DNA of 64,000 nucleotides from an uncultured Colwellia sp. (GCA_913058405.1 CAJXRC010000002.1:2932-66931); one strand, 5' to 3'; positions 1 to 10,514 are shown, numbered from the stretch's first letter. Numbers and translations are program-made. The notes: generated from the sequence alone by a model not told the origin.

Positions 1-1861
1 CACTTCAATGTATCAAGAGACAGGTTTAGCAACTGACTTTCACGCAAAAAAAGCGGATCGTTTAACTGATTCACTTTCTATTGGGTTGAACTTTGATTGG
101 GATGTTAATGATAACTTAAATATGAAGTTTGATTTTAGTAACTCAACAGCTAAAAGAGAACCCAATAATGGCCGCGGTGGTAGTTTAGCGTTATTAGGGT
201 ATGCCAACCGAGTTCAATGGAATCTTGATGACAATATTTTGCCTTACTATTCTGATTTTGCAACTCCAAACCCTTCAATTTACAGCGGTCAGCAAGAAGG
301 AGATGGTGTTAACCAAGATCCAAATAGCCCTGACTATGTCGCTCCTAAAGGTGTTTCGGATTATTTAGATACTGCAAATAGTCGTGCTCATGTAATGATT
401 CGAGACAGTAAAGAAGTTGAAGATGTTGTTACACAAGTTAAGTGGGATAGTCTTTGGTTATCGGATGGAGACACCGGTTTCGCTGCTGCCCGTTTCGGAG
501 CAATGTACTCTACTGAAACTAAAACGGTAAACTCTTGGGATAATACGACTAGCGGAATTCATTGTACTTATTGTAATTACCAAGATTTTCCTGATGTTAG
601 TGACTTCCCTCAAGAAGTATTTGATGCAGGAAATGACTTTTTAAGTGGTGTTAGTGGCAGCGGTCGTACACCTTCACAATGGTTAACTTTTGATGGGGAA
701 GCGTTATTTGATTTCTTAGGCTCTGTTGAAGGTGTTGATTTTAATGCCGTAAAAACTAATAACTCTTTTGAAGTTGAAGAAGAGACGACTGCTTTTTATC
801 TCGAACTCGATTTTGAAGGTGAGATAGCAGGTATGCCTCTTTATACTACTGGTGGCTTTCGTTACGAAAGTACTGATGTGACGGTAGGCGCTACCCAAGC
901 AAATGTACAGCGATTAGATATTCTTGATGCAACTGAAATGCTAGCAGTGTATGGACCAGCTTCAGGGTTTGATGAAAAGAGTAGTTATGCTCAAATTTTA
1001 CCAAATTTTAGTACTAAGTTAGAGATTACAGATGAACTTATTGCTCGTGTTGCTGCATCTAGAAGTATTTCACGACCTACTTTAAATAGTTTACGTCCAA
1101 TTACGTCATTAGATACTGTGCGTCAAGGTAACTTACAATCTTCTAGTGGTAATGCAGAATTAGTACCGTTTAGTTCTGATAACTTAGACTTGTCAATTGA
1201 ATGGTACTATGGCGATGCTAGTTATATTTCAGCGGGTTATTTCAGAAAACATGTTGCTAACTTTATAACCAGTAGTAAAAACCCTAAAACCTTTGTTACT
1301 GCTGATGGTAGCTTGTTAACAGATCCTTCTACAGGAAGTGATGTTAGTGCGCCAGATGCCGATGATCAAGTGGCTGTGTTTACCAATACAGCGCCAAGTA
1401 ACGGCGAGTCAGCAGTCGTGGATGGTTGGGAACTCGCGGCACAACATACTTTTGATTCTGGTTTTGGCCTGCTTGCTAATGCGACACTTGTAGATAGTGA
1501 TGCTGACTTAGATAATGCTGATATCACTCAAGTTTTTGCGTTAACAGGATTAAGTGATTCAACTAACCTTATCGCTTTCTATGAAAGTGGTCCTTTCCAA
1601 GGCCGTATCGCCTATAACTGGCGCGATACCTTTCTACAAAGCCTTACTCAAGGCGGTGGAGATGGGGTAACTTACGTTGAAGCCTATTCTCAGTGGGATG
1701 CAAGCGCGAGTTATGACATCACTGATAAAATTACTGTTTTTGTTGAAGGCATTAACTTAACTGAAGAATATACACATAGTCGTGGCCGATTTTCTAATCA
1801 AATATTAGATGTTGTTGATAGCGGTCGTCGTATTTCATTCGGTGTACGTGGTTCATTTTAA
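1..1861 (+). CDS. TonB-dependent outer-membrane receptor (5' end lies before the window)
   Basis: The frame is open from the window edge. It has beta-barrel-type motifs (ILPNFSTK, GNAELVPFSSDNLDLSIEWY, QWDASASY, EGINLTEE) and ends GRRISFGVRGSF with a terminal Phe. Confidence 0.93.
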   Translation, partial: TSMYQETGLATDFHAKKADRLTDSLSIGLNFDWDVNDNLNMKFDFSNSTAKREPNNGRGGSLALLGYANRVQWNLDDNILPYYSDFATPNPSIYSGQQEGDGVNQDPNSPDYVAPKGVSDYLDTANSRAHVMIRDSKEVEDVVTQVKWDSLWLSDGDTGFAAARFGAMYSTETKTVNSWDNTTSGIHCTYCNYQDFPDVSDFPQEVFDAGNDFLSGVSGSGRTPSQWLTFDGEALFDFLGSVEGVDFNAVKTNNSFEVEEETTAFYLELDFEGEIAGMPLYTTGGFRYESTDVTVGATQANVQRLDILDATEMLAVYGPASGFDEKSSYAQILPNFSTKLEITDELIARVAASRSISRPTLNSLRPITSLDTVRQGNLQSSSGNAELVPFSSDNLDLSIEWYYGDASYISAGYFRKHVANFITSSKNPKTFVTADGSLLTDPSTGSDVSAPDADDQVAVFTNTAPSNGESAVVDGWELAAQHTFDSGFGLLANATLVDSDADLDNADITQVFALTGLSDSTNLIAFYESGPFQGRIAYNWRDTFLQSLTQGGGDGVTYVEAYSQWDASASYDITDKITVFVEGINLTEEYTHSRGRFSNQILDVVDSGRRISFGVRGSF

Positions 1862-1909
1862 TTAGCGTAATTATTTGAACAGGAAGGTTTCTTTTATAGA
1901 AGAAACCTT

Positions 1910-2067
1910 ATGCCAATTTCACTAAGTTAGAGAGCCTATTGTTCGTGGGAAAATAGTTCATTGCTAGGTGCTTGATTGACCAATAGCTGGCTATTGGAAT
2001 TGAGAGTCATTCCGTCTTGGACCATTCTATTTACCCGAAATAGACAATAACTTTATGGGATTGGCAT
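1910..2067. mobile_element. Non-autonomous MITE/ERIC-like element (~158 bp)
   Basis: Imperfect 20-bp terminal inverted repeats: ATGCCAATTTCACTAAGTTA versus rc(TAACTTTATGGGATTGGCAT), 16/20 identical. Central hairpin CCAATAGC-TG-GCTATTGG. The inner part resembles the element at 57510. Confidence 0.65.
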
Positions 2068-2172
2068 TTTCCCTGTATTTATAAGCAAGCAAATTTATAG
2101 AGAGTTTGTTTGCCTATGCGTATAACTCACTTTTCTGTATAAAAGAATTAACACACTACTGGGTCATACAAT

Positions 2173-3762
2173 ATGAATAAATTAACAAAAACAGTGGTCA
2201 TTGTTGGCGGAGGAATTGCCGGATGGTTAACTGCTGGGCGATTAGCGGCTAAACACAAAAGCAATACCGAGCAAGGTTTAAACGTTATTCTTATTGAATC
2301 AGCTAATATTCCTGCCGTAGGAGTTGGTGAAGGTACCTGGCCAACTATGCGTAGCACGCTAAAAGCGTTAGGTATTAGTGAAACCGATTTTATTATTGAA
2401 TGTGAGGCTAGCTTCAAACAAGGGGCTAAGTTTGCTAAGTGGTTTGACGGCTCTGAAGATGATTTTTATTACCACCCCCTAGTTTTACCCCAAGGATTTG
2501 GCAAAACAAATTTAGCGGCACATTGGTTGGCTAAGCAAACTCAAGTAAAGCAAAAAAATAATCATGTTAACTCATTTTCAAACGAAGTTTGTTTTCAGGA
2601 AGCTATTTGTGAACAAGGGCTAGCTCCCAAAACCATTCGTCATGCCGAATTTTCTGATGTAGCAAACTATGCTTACCACTTAGACTCAGCGAAGTTTGCC
2701 GTATTTTTACAAAAGCATTGCCAAGAAAAACTAGGTGTTACACATATAGTTGATGATGTTATTGGAATTAATAGTGCTATGAATGATGCCGATGATAGTG
2801 CTCACAAAGGCGATATTATTTCTGTAAGCACCAAAGATCATGGTGATATTGCCGGTGAACTTTTTGTTGATTGCACCGGTTTCTCATCACTTTTACTCGG
2901 TAAACATTATCAAGTACCTTTTAAAAAATGTGATGATATTTTATTTATTGATACTGCACTCGCAGTACAAGTGCCTTATGACTCAAAAGATTCACCTATC
3001 GCCTCGCATACTATCTCTACTGGTCAAGAAGCCGGTTGGATTTGGGATATTGGCTTACAACATCGTCGTGGTGTTGGTTATGTATACTCCAGTAAACACT
3101 CAACAGAAGCAGAAGCTAGAGCAGTGCTTGCTGAATATGTTGGTGATAAGTTTTCATCATTAAACGTGCGAAAAATTCCTATTGTAAGTGGTCATAGAGA
3201 GAGATTTTGGCAAAATAATTGTGTTGCGGTAGGTTTGTCTGCAGGTTTTTTAGAGCCGCTTGAAGCCTCCGCTCTAGTTATGGTTGAGCTGGCGGCACAA
3301 ATGATTAGTGAGCAATTACCTACTTCTCGAGAGGTTATGGATGTGGTTGCGAAGCGATTTAATGAAACGGCGTTATATCGTTGGGATAGAATTATTGATT
3401 TCTTAAAATTACATTATATTTTAAGTGAGCGGACAGAGCCGTTTTGGACCGATAATAGAGACTTAAAAACTATTCCACAAAGTTTACAAGACTTGATTGT
3501 TGAGTGGAAATATCGTGCCCCGGCCGATCATGACTTCACCAGTAATAATGAAGTCTTTCCTGCGGCGAGTTATCAATATGTACTGTATGGAATGGGCTTT
3601 AAAAGTGATTATTGTCATACCCCATATGCGATTGATGATGGTGATTTTGCGGATGGTCAGTTTAAACAAAACAAAGTCTTAATTGATAAAGCGTTATCGT
3701 CATTACCCAGTAACCGAGAATTATTAGATAAAATTAAAAGCTATGGCTTTAGTCGAATTTAG
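2173..3762 (+). CDS. Tryptophan halogenase family flavin-dependent enzyme
   Basis: GGGIAG FAD motif, VGVGEGT, FKQG (catalytic Lys position), YAYHLD, FVDCTGF, GWIWDIGL (variant of WxWxIP), GFLEPLEAS. Confidence 0.92.
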   Translation: MNKLTKTVVIVGGGIAGWLTAGRLAAKHKSNTEQGLNVILIESANIPAVGVGEGTWPTMRSTLKALGISETDFIIECEASFKQGAKFAKWFDGSEDDFYYHPLVLPQGFGKTNLAAHWLAKQTQVKQKNNHVNSFSNEVCFQEAICEQGLAPKTIRHAEFSDVANYAYHLDSAKFAVFLQKHCQEKLGVTHIVDDVIGINSAMNDADDSAHKGDIISVSTKDHGDIAGELFVDCTGFSSLLLGKHYQVPFKKCDDILFIDTALAVQVPYDSKDSPIASHTISTGQEAGWIWDIGLQHRRGVGYVYSSKHSTEAEARAVLAEYVGDKFSSLNVRKIPIVSGHRERFWQNNCVAVGLSAGFLEPLEASALVMVELAAQMISEQLPTSREVMDVVAKRFNETALYRWDRIIDFLKLHYILSERTEPFWTDNRDLKTIPQSLQDLIVEWKYRAPADHDFTSNNEVFPAASYQYVLYGMGFKSDYCHTPYAIDDGDFADGQFKQNKVLIDKALSSLPSNRELLDKIKSYGFSRI

Positions 3763-3828
3763 TTACTTTGTCTGATCCACTGGATATAAGCGTTTGAAAA
3801 TTTAGCATCACCTAAAGAGTAATAATAA

Positions 3829-4557
3829 ATGGCACAGTTAGTTGCAATAGATAATCAAAATCACCTTAACTTAAAAGTAGATGCGGCTAAGGCTGAATTA
3901 CATGGCGCGGGGTTACACTTAGTGCCCGCAGTTATGTCTGAGTTTACCAATATGGCGGTACAGTATCCTTTAGTTATTACTAAAAATGCTGATACTGGGC
4001 AGTTTGTGGTTGCTGCAATGTTAGGTTTTGAGTCGGGTGAAAACTTATTTTGGCGAGGTGGTCAGTGGCAAGGTTTATATTTGCCTTTACAAATTAGACG
4101 GCAGCCATTTTTTGTCGGTAACCCCGAACAAAACAGTGAACAAAAAGTTGCTGGCGATTATGTTGTCTGCTTTGATAGTGAAAGCCCTGCAATAACTTCC
4201 AATGACGGCCAGGCATTATTTAGCGAAGATGGTGTGGACACTGAATATTTTCAACAAGCCAAGTTTTGTCTTGCGCAGTTATTAGAAGGCGAGTTAGCAA
4301 ATAAAAAGTTACTTGAGCAACTACAAAGCATGGAATTATTGCAAATGATGCAAATGGAAGTCACTTTTGCTAATCAGCAAAGTACCACCTTGAATGGTTT
4401 ATATACCATTGATACAGAAAAACTTGCCGCCTTATCAGCTGAGAAAATAGCAAGTTTGCATAAAGCTGGACTGCTGCAAGCAATCTACACCTTAATTACT
4501 TCGCTTGGTCAAATTCATCATTTGATTGATTTGAAAAATAAACAACTGGGTTGTTAG
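3829..4557 (+). CDS. SapC family protein
   Basis: Motifs EF...YPLV..K, LGFESGENLF, YLPLQIRRQPF and GLYTID. Lies directly after the halogenase, the usual context for this family. Confidence 0.85.
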   Translation: MAQLVAIDNQNHLNLKVDAAKAELHGAGLHLVPAVMSEFTNMAVQYPLVITKNADTGQFVVAAMLGFESGENLFWRGGQWQGLYLPLQIRRQPFFVGNPEQNSEQKVAGDYVVCFDSESPAITSNDGQALFSEDGVDTEYFQQAKFCLAQLLEGELANKKLLEQLQSMELLQMMQMEVTFANQQSTTLNGLYTIDTEKLAALSAEKIASLHKAGLLQAIYTLITSLGQIHHLIDLKNKQLGC

Positions 4558-5277
4558 TTGTTACCTATGTTTGATTTTAGCTTAAATAGCCAACCAACCT
4601 TAACAAAGCATTTAATTGGTGAAGAGAAAATCCCTTTACTGATTATTGATAACTTTGCCAATTCAGTGACTGATTTAGTTGAGTTTGCTGGAGACGGTTC
4701 GTCTTTTCAGGCGGATAAGACTAATTTTTATCCGGGTAAACGTAAGTTAATGCCAAGCGAATATGGTGAGCAGATATGTCGTCAATATTTACCCTTATTT
4801 CACTCTTTTTTTGACTGTCCACAAACGAGTGCAGCCAAAACTGTTCTATCCGCCTTAGCGGTTGCAGATACGCCAGTAAAACAATTACGTCCTATGCAAA
4901 TGCTGCCTCATATTGATACCCCGCAAAGTAATCAATTTGCTGTAGTGCATTACTTATGTAATCAAGACCATGGTGGCACGTCTTTTTATCGTCATAAAGA
5001 AACCAGTTATCAAACGATTACCCAAGACCGGTTATATAACTATGCTAACCAAGTAAAAAAAGAAGCTATAGCGAATCAAATACATAAAAAACCTCGCTAT
5101 ATGAATGGTAGCGACAAACTATTTGAGCAGCTATATTCAGTAGAAGCTCGAATGAATAGGGCTATTATCTATCCAAGTAATTTACTGCACTCAGGTAATG
5201 TAAATACAGCTTTAGGTTTGTCATCGGTACCAAAAAAAGGTCGTTTGACTATCGGTAGTTTTATTTTACTCGAATGA
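4558..5277 (+). CDS. DUF6445-like protein, probable 2OG-Fe(II)/cupin oxygenase
   Basis: IIDNF, FYPG, PHID (HxD), GGTSFYRH, NRAIIY, LHSG and RLT give an HxD...H triad plus an Arg. Abuts the SapC stop; an alternative ATG is at 4567. Confidence 0.75.
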   Translation: MLPMFDFSLNSQPTLTKHLIGEEKIPLLIIDNFANSVTDLVEFAGDGSSFQADKTNFYPGKRKLMPSEYGEQICRQYLPLFHSFFDCPQTSAAKTVLSALAVADTPVKQLRPMQMLPHIDTPQSNQFAVVHYLCNQDHGGTSFYRHKETSYQTITQDRLYNYANQVKKEAIANQIHKKPRYMNGSDKLFEQLYSVEARMNRAIIYPSNLLHSGNVNTALGLSSVPKKGRLTIGSFILLE

Positions 5278-5404
5278 CTTTTTTGTCACTTTTATCTTTT
5301 TTGTACTTCTTTATGTAAAACACTAGCGGAAAATTATTTGTCATTCGTCTTATAGGGTAAGCAATAGATAAAAAATAAAATTCACACTTAGCTAAACCTA
5401 AAAA

Positions 5405-5989
5405 GTGAAAGACAATATTATGATAAAAGAAAGTACATTACACATCAGTTTTATGGCTGTAAGGCAGACAATGCGCAGAGTGATCTCGCGCATTGTGCCG
5501 CCGCGAGAAGTGGAAGATATCGTACAAGAAACCTATGTACGTATATGCCAAGTTGAGAATAAAGAAGCAATTAAGCAACCTAGATCTTTTTTGTTAAAAA
5601 CGGCAAAAAATTTAGCTATAGATCACCTTAAACGAGCGGATGTTAGGCTCGTAGATGCAGTAGATAATATGGCTGAATTTGAACATTTAGTCAGTGCGGA
5701 TGATGCAATATATCAGCAAGTTGCAACGGATAAAGAGTTTGCTCAATACTGTGAAGCAATAAGACAATTACCAATACAGTGCCGTAAAGCTTTTGTATTA
5801 AAAAAAGTGTATGGCTACTCGCAAAAAGAAATCGCGAAAAAACTGGCAATCAGTGAAAGCACAGTTGAAAAACATATTGGCCTCGGCGTTAAACGCTGTA
5901 CCTATTTTATGATGCAGTTAACTAAAGAAGAAAGAACGGAAACAATGAAAAATAGTAAAAAAACACATCAAGTAAGAAGGGATCTCTGA
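5405..5989 (+). CDS. ECF sigma factor (FecI-like)
   Basis: Region 2 EDIVQETY and KNLAIDHLK; region 4 LP..CRKAFVL...GYSQKEIAKKLAISESTVEKH. Overlaps the downstream FecR gene. A likely ATG start is near 5420. Confidence 0.9.
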   Translation: MKDNIMIKESTLHISFMAVRQTMRRVISRIVPPREVEDIVQETYVRICQVENKEAIKQPRSFLLKTAKNLAIDHLKRADVRLVDAVDNMAEFEHLVSADDAIYQQVATDKEFAQYCEAIRQLPIQCRKAFVLKKVYGYSQKEIAKKLAISESTVEKHIGLGVKRCTYFMMQLTKEERTETMKNSKKTHQVRRDL

Positions 5990-7026
5990 TGACTAACGTT
6001 TATTCTCTTAATAATGACGATGAGGTTATGTTTGACCAAGCCAGTATTTGGATTGCTAGAATGGATCGAAGCTTAACTGAGCTTGAGCAGGCAGAATTTA
6101 AAGCGTGGTTGTCAGAAAGTGAACAGCACCAAAAGTTAATTATAGAAATGGCCAGCATGTGGGATAAAATGGACTCTCTTGACCGTCTTGCTGATCTTTT
6201 TCCAACGTCGGATAAAACAGACTCTAAATTTAAATCAGCACCTAAAACAGCACAATGGCCGCTAGCATTTGCAGCCTCACTGGTACTGGCCCTATTTGTT
6301 GTTTTCTTTACCGATATTACCTTGAGTTCTTTATGGCAAGAAGAACAACAATTTGTCCGTTATGAAACCGCAGTAGGTGAAAGCAGTACTATTTATTTAC
6401 CTGATAACTCAAAAGTGTTACTCAATACTGATAGTGTTTTATTAGTGCGATATACCGATGATTATCGCTTACTTGACTTACAACGTGGTGAGCTACATGT
6501 TGAAGTTGCCCATGACAAATCTAGACCATTAAGCGTTGTTGCTAATCACAAAGTAATTCAAGCCGTGGGTACTGCTTTTAGCGTGCAAGTAAAGGCGAGT
6601 GAGGTAGAGCTTATTGTTACTGAAGGTAAAGTTATCATTGGTCAACTAAATGAAAAGCAAGAAGTTAATGAAACAGCCCTAGTCATACCATCGAGTTCCC
6701 TAGCGGTTTCTGAAGGTGAGATTGCCTCATTAGCGGTCGCTAATAGCGTCTCAGTTATTGACAATAAGGCGATCAAAAAAAGCCTATCTTGGCGACAAGG
6801 AAATTTAGTTTTTAATGGTGAGACCTTAGCTGAAGCAATGGAAGAAGTTAGTCGTTATACCTCGGTGACATTCGAGATTGCAGATGAAGATTTGAAAAAG
6901 ATAAAAATAGCAGGTCGCTTTAAAACCGGCGACGTTAAAGGGTTAATCTCAGTGCTCAAACATAACTTTAATATTAAAACTGATCGAGTTAATAAAGGAT
7001 TAGTGGTATTAAGAAAACAAAGTTGA
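5989..7026 (+). CDS. FecR family anti-sigma/sensor
   Basis: QASIWIARM...FKAWL N-terminus, one TM helix, YETAVGE..LPDNS..LNTDS, AVGTAF, SWRQGNLVF. Confidence 0.92.
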   Translation: MTNVYSLNNDDEVMFDQASIWIARMDRSLTELEQAEFKAWLSESEQHQKLIIEMASMWDKMDSLDRLADLFPTSDKTDSKFKSAPKTAQWPLAFAASLVLALFVVFFTDITLSSLWQEEQQFVRYETAVGESSTIYLPDNSKVLLNTDSVLLVRYTDDYRLLDLQRGELHVEVAHDKSRPLSVVANHKVIQAVGTAFSVQVKASEVELIVTEGKVIIGQLNEKQEVNETALVIPSSSLAVSEGEIASLAVANSVSVIDNKAIKKSLSWRQGNLVFNGETLAEAMEEVSRYTSVTFEIADEDLKKIKIAGRFKTGDVKGLISVLKHNFNIKTDRVNKGLVVLRKQS

Positions 7027-7216
7027 TTACTATTTAATTCAGCCTAACAAACTCCCTTTGCCAAGTAGAATGCTGTTTCAGTTTACCACTGAGATCAATT
7101 TTATTTGGCACTTTTTAATTATGAAATATTCTGCTTAGACAGCACCATTTTACTTGTAAAGTGTCTTAGTTGAGTGCTCTTTTTAAAACAATATAATAAT
7201 AAAAGGATATAAATAA

Positions 7217-8653
7217 ATGGCCTACTCTGAGCCTGATAATTCAATTCAAAAACTGCATGACACTGAAGAAGTTCAAACCTCATTTTTATACGTACTATTT
7301 ATCTCCTCTGTGGCGGCTATCGGTGGTTTTCTATTTGGTTTTGATTCCGGTGTTATTAACGGCACAGTAACTGCGTTAGGGAACGCTTTTAACGCTAGCG
7401 ACGTAGCAAGTGGCTTTAATGTCGCCTCGGTACTTTTAGGTTGTGCGGTTGGGGCCTTGATGGCAGGACCGATATCTGATCGTTTTGGCCGTAAGCCTAT
7501 CATGATCATTACAGCAATTATTTTTGCTATTAGCGCATTTGGCTCTGGTATATCAAGTTCATCTGCTGAATTCATTTTTTATCGACTGATTGGTGGCCTA
7601 GGCATAGGCGCTGCGTCAGTACTAGCCCCTGCTTACATTGCCGAAGTGGCACCAGCAGCGTTACGAGGTCGTTTAGCTACTTTGCAACAATTAGCTATTG
7701 TACTTGGCTTGTTTGCCGCTTTTTTAAGTAACTTCCTGATTGCTTCTGTTTCTGGTGGTGCCGAAGCTCTACTGATGTTTGATATTGCTGCTTGGCGTTG
7801 GATGTTCTGGGTAGAGTTACTACCAGCAGTATTATTTTTATTGGGTGTGATATTAATTCCTGAATCACCACGCTACTTAGTGGCTCAAGGTAAGATTGAG
7901 GAAGCAAGAAGCATATTCAAACGCATTGCAACAGGCATTGAAGATGAGCAAATAGCAGAAGTTAAAAAATCCCTGCATGGCGATAAAAAACCTAGTATCG
8001 CCGATCTTTTTATTGATGGTAAGAAAAAAATTCATCCAATTATTTGGGTTGGTATAGGGCTATCGGTATTTCAGCAGTTTGTCGGTATTAACGTAGTTTT
8101 TTATTATGGAGCTGAGCTTTGGCAAGCGGCAGGTTTTGACGAATCACAATCGTTATTTATAAACCTTATCGCAGGTACAACCAATATAATCTCAACTTTC
8201 ATTGCTATCGCCCTAGTGGACAAAATTGGCCGTAAACCGTTATTACTGGTGGGTAGTGTTGGCATGTTTATCAGCTTAGGTGCTCTGAGCTTTATTTTTG
8301 GTACAGGTGGTTTAGATGAAGCAGGTAAATTGGCATTAAGTGATACTACAGGCACAGTAGCCTTGGTCATGGCTAATTTATTTGTGGTGTTTTTTGGCTT
8401 AAGTTGGGGCCCTATCGTATGGGTATTATTAGGGGAAATGTTTAATAACCGTATCCGTGGTGCTGCTTTAGCTATCGCTGCAAGTGCTCAATGGTTAGCA
8501 AATTTCGCAATTACCATGACTTTCCCTATATTGTTAGGCAGCTTTGGTTTGGCTGGCGCCTATGGCTTATACACAGTATCAGCATTGCTAAGTATTTTCT
8601 TTGTAATCAAATATATAAAAGAAACACGCGGCGTTCGTTTAGAGGAAATGTAA
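7217..8653 (+). CDS. MFS sugar porter (glucose/xylose:H+ symporter family)
   Basis: GGFLFGFDSGVING, DRFGRK, PESPR, FQQFVGINVVFYY, DKIGRK, ETRG. RBS AAGGA. Confidence 0.95.
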   Translation: MAYSEPDNSIQKLHDTEEVQTSFLYVLFISSVAAIGGFLFGFDSGVINGTVTALGNAFNASDVASGFNVASVLLGCAVGALMAGPISDRFGRKPIMIITAIIFAISAFGSGISSSSAEFIFYRLIGGLGIGAASVLAPAYIAEVAPAALRGRLATLQQLAIVLGLFAAFLSNFLIASVSGGAEALLMFDIAAWRWMFWVELLPAVLFLLGVILIPESPRYLVAQGKIEEARSIFKRIATGIEDEQIAEVKKSLHGDKKPSIADLFIDGKKKIHPIIWVGIGLSVFQQFVGINVVFYYGAELWQAAGFDESQSLFINLIAGTTNIISTFIAIALVDKIGRKPLLLVGSVGMFISLGALSFIFGTGGLDEAGKLALSDTTGTVALVMANLFVVFFGLSWGPIVWVLLGEMFNNRIRGAALAIAASAQWLANFAITMTFPILLGSFGLAGAYGLYTVSALLSIFFVIKYIKETRGVRLEEM

Positions 8654-8719
8654 AAAGTCACTACGCCATAATTTGTAAACCATTATAAGTTGGGGTGATT
8701 ATTAACGACTGTCTATGCG

Positions 8720-8760
8720 TACTAAGCTACTTGGAGTTGCCGCTTTATGTGGCTTAGTTA
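8720..8760. repeat. Short hairpin resembling a collapsed ERIC/MITE end
   Basis: ACTAAGCTAC...GTGGCTTAGT stem. The AAGCTACTTGGAGTTGC segment resembles ERIC-type termini. Confidence 0.3.
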
Positions 8761-8801
8761 GAGAAATTAGTCATATCCATTTGGAATAGCGATAAGTAAA
8801 T

Positions 8802-9842
8802 ATGAGCACTTCTAGTATTAACCCAGTACATAATAACCTTGTAAGTCATGATCCAGTAAATAAAAATCCTTTAAACCTTGTTGCCGATATCGGCGGCACA
8901 AACATCAGACTTGGTGTAAGTGACAGCAGTAACCTCATTATCGACATTGAAACCTACCAATGTAGAGATTTCACTTGTTTACTCGACGTAATCCAATGTT
9001 ACTTAACTGAAAAGAATATAACAAAAGCCAGTATTAATGCTTGTTTAGCTATTGCATGCCCGGTAGATACTGACATTATCTCCATGACGAATCTACCTTG
9101 GCAGTTTTCCCAAACAGAACTAAAAAAAGCACTGAAATTAAATAAACTAATACTGATCAATGATTATACTGCAATAGCCATGGCGATTCCGATGCTAACG
9201 GATAAGCAAAAAGTTAAAATTGGTGGTGGTACCGCAATAGCAGATAAAACCATTGCTGTTTGTGGGCCTGGCACAGGATTAGGAGTTGCCAATTTAATAC
9301 CGCTCGTTAATAAATGGTATTGCTTAGGAGGTGAAGGGGGCCACGTCGATTATGCTCCAATAGATGATAAAGAAATCCAAGTCTTACGCTACATTCAAGG
9401 TTTTAAAAAACGAGTTTCTTATGAGCAATTATTGTCTGGTTACGGTTTAGAGCAGATATATCAAGCATTACTCAATATTGAGCATGATAATTGTTTACCT
9501 CAACAAGCCACTAGCTTAACGGCTCAAGAAATCAGCACTCAAGCATTAATTGAAACTTGCACTCTCAGCCAACAAGCATTGGACTTATTTTGTAAAGTCC
9601 TGGGAAGTTTTGCAGGCAATCTCGCTTTAACAATGAATACTCAAGGAGGGGTGTATATTGCGGGTGGTATTGTCCCGCGTTTTATTGATTACCTTAGAAA
9701 TAGTGATTTTAGACTACGCTTTGAAGCTAAAGGCCGTATGTCACCTTTGAATAAAGAAATTGCCACCTATGTCATAACAGAGAAACAACCTGGTTTATTA
9801 GGTGCTTCAGTATATTTAAATCAAGATTTGGCAATAAATTAG
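8802..9842 (+). CDS. glk: Glucokinase
   Basis: ADIGGTN, INDY, GPGTGLG, GEGGH, GGVYIAGGI, PGLLGA. Confidence 0.95.
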   Translation: MSTSSINPVHNNLVSHDPVNKNPLNLVADIGGTNIRLGVSDSSNLIIDIETYQCRDFTCLLDVIQCYLTEKNITKASINACLAIACPVDTDIISMTNLPWQFSQTELKKALKLNKLILINDYTAIAMAIPMLTDKQKVKIGGGTAIADKTIAVCGPGTGLGVANLIPLVNKWYCLGGEGGHVDYAPIDDKEIQVLRYIQGFKKRVSYEQLLSGYGLEQIYQALLNIEHDNCLPQQATSLTAQEISTQALIETCTLSQQALDLFCKVLGSFAGNLALTMNTQGGVYIAGGIVPRFIDYLRNSDFRLRFEAKGRMSPLNKEIATYVITEKQPGLLGASVYLNQDLAIN

Positions 9843-9914
9843 GAAAGCATCAACAGATCGATAATGAATCTTTCACAAATTTTAATTGATTTCAAATCCA
9901 GAAGCTGGCTTTCA

Positions 9915-10514
9915 TCACTGAGTTTGTTTGAGCTGCACTATGATCATATTTTTACCGCTTAAACTAGTAATTAGTTGAGTATTAACGGTCTTTTGTTCTA
10001 TTGATGACAACTTAATTAAGTGGCCAACAGGTACACTACAGTGATTATTCTCAGGCGTAGTGACAACCATATCGTCAGTTAAGCTATAGGCAAAAAGTAA
10101 AGTATCTTCGCTCAACTCAACTGTGACAATCTGTTGCTCAATATAACAATCAACCTGAGGTGAGAATGTCAGTTGATTAGTCATAATGTTGAAGTCTTTA
10201 ATTCCTCCGTTTACTAAAGTGCCATGTGTGTTGCTGCCGCCATCAAAGCGAGCGATATCCAGTAAGTTAGTTAATTCATCAATATCATCATTACCGTGAT
10301 TTAACGTTAAACCTTCACCTTCAATGAGTACTAGATTGCGTTGATACCCTGCAAAGTTTGAAAAGTCACCATCATTGACCACACTGGCAATGCTTAAGCG
10401 CCAATCAAAATCATCCAAACTACCACCCTCGCTAATGGCTAATTCAGTGGTATGGCCTAAACCATTTTTCCATGGAATAGTTCTAAAATTTTCAGGAGAG
10501 AATACAGTAAGCAT
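9915..10514 (-). CDS. HutD/Ves family protein
   Basis: PWKNGLGHTTE, FDWRLSIASV, FSNFAGYQR, DFNIM. Confidence 0.88.
   Translation of the reverse strand: MLTVFSPENFRTIPWKNGLGHTTELAISEGGSLDDFDWRLSIASVVNDGDFSNFAGYQRNLVLIEGEGLTLNHGNDDIDELTNLLDIARFDGGSNTHGTLVNGGIKDFNIMTNQLTFSPQVDCYIEQQIVTVELSEDTLLFAYSLTDDMVVTTPENNHCSVPVGHLIKLSSIEQKTVNTQLITSLSGKNMIIVQLKQTQ

Noticed and set aside
5326..5352. Possible ECF promoter GGAAAA...TCGTCT upstream of the sigma gene
   Set aside because: The spacer looks short and I cannot assign the consensus with confidence.
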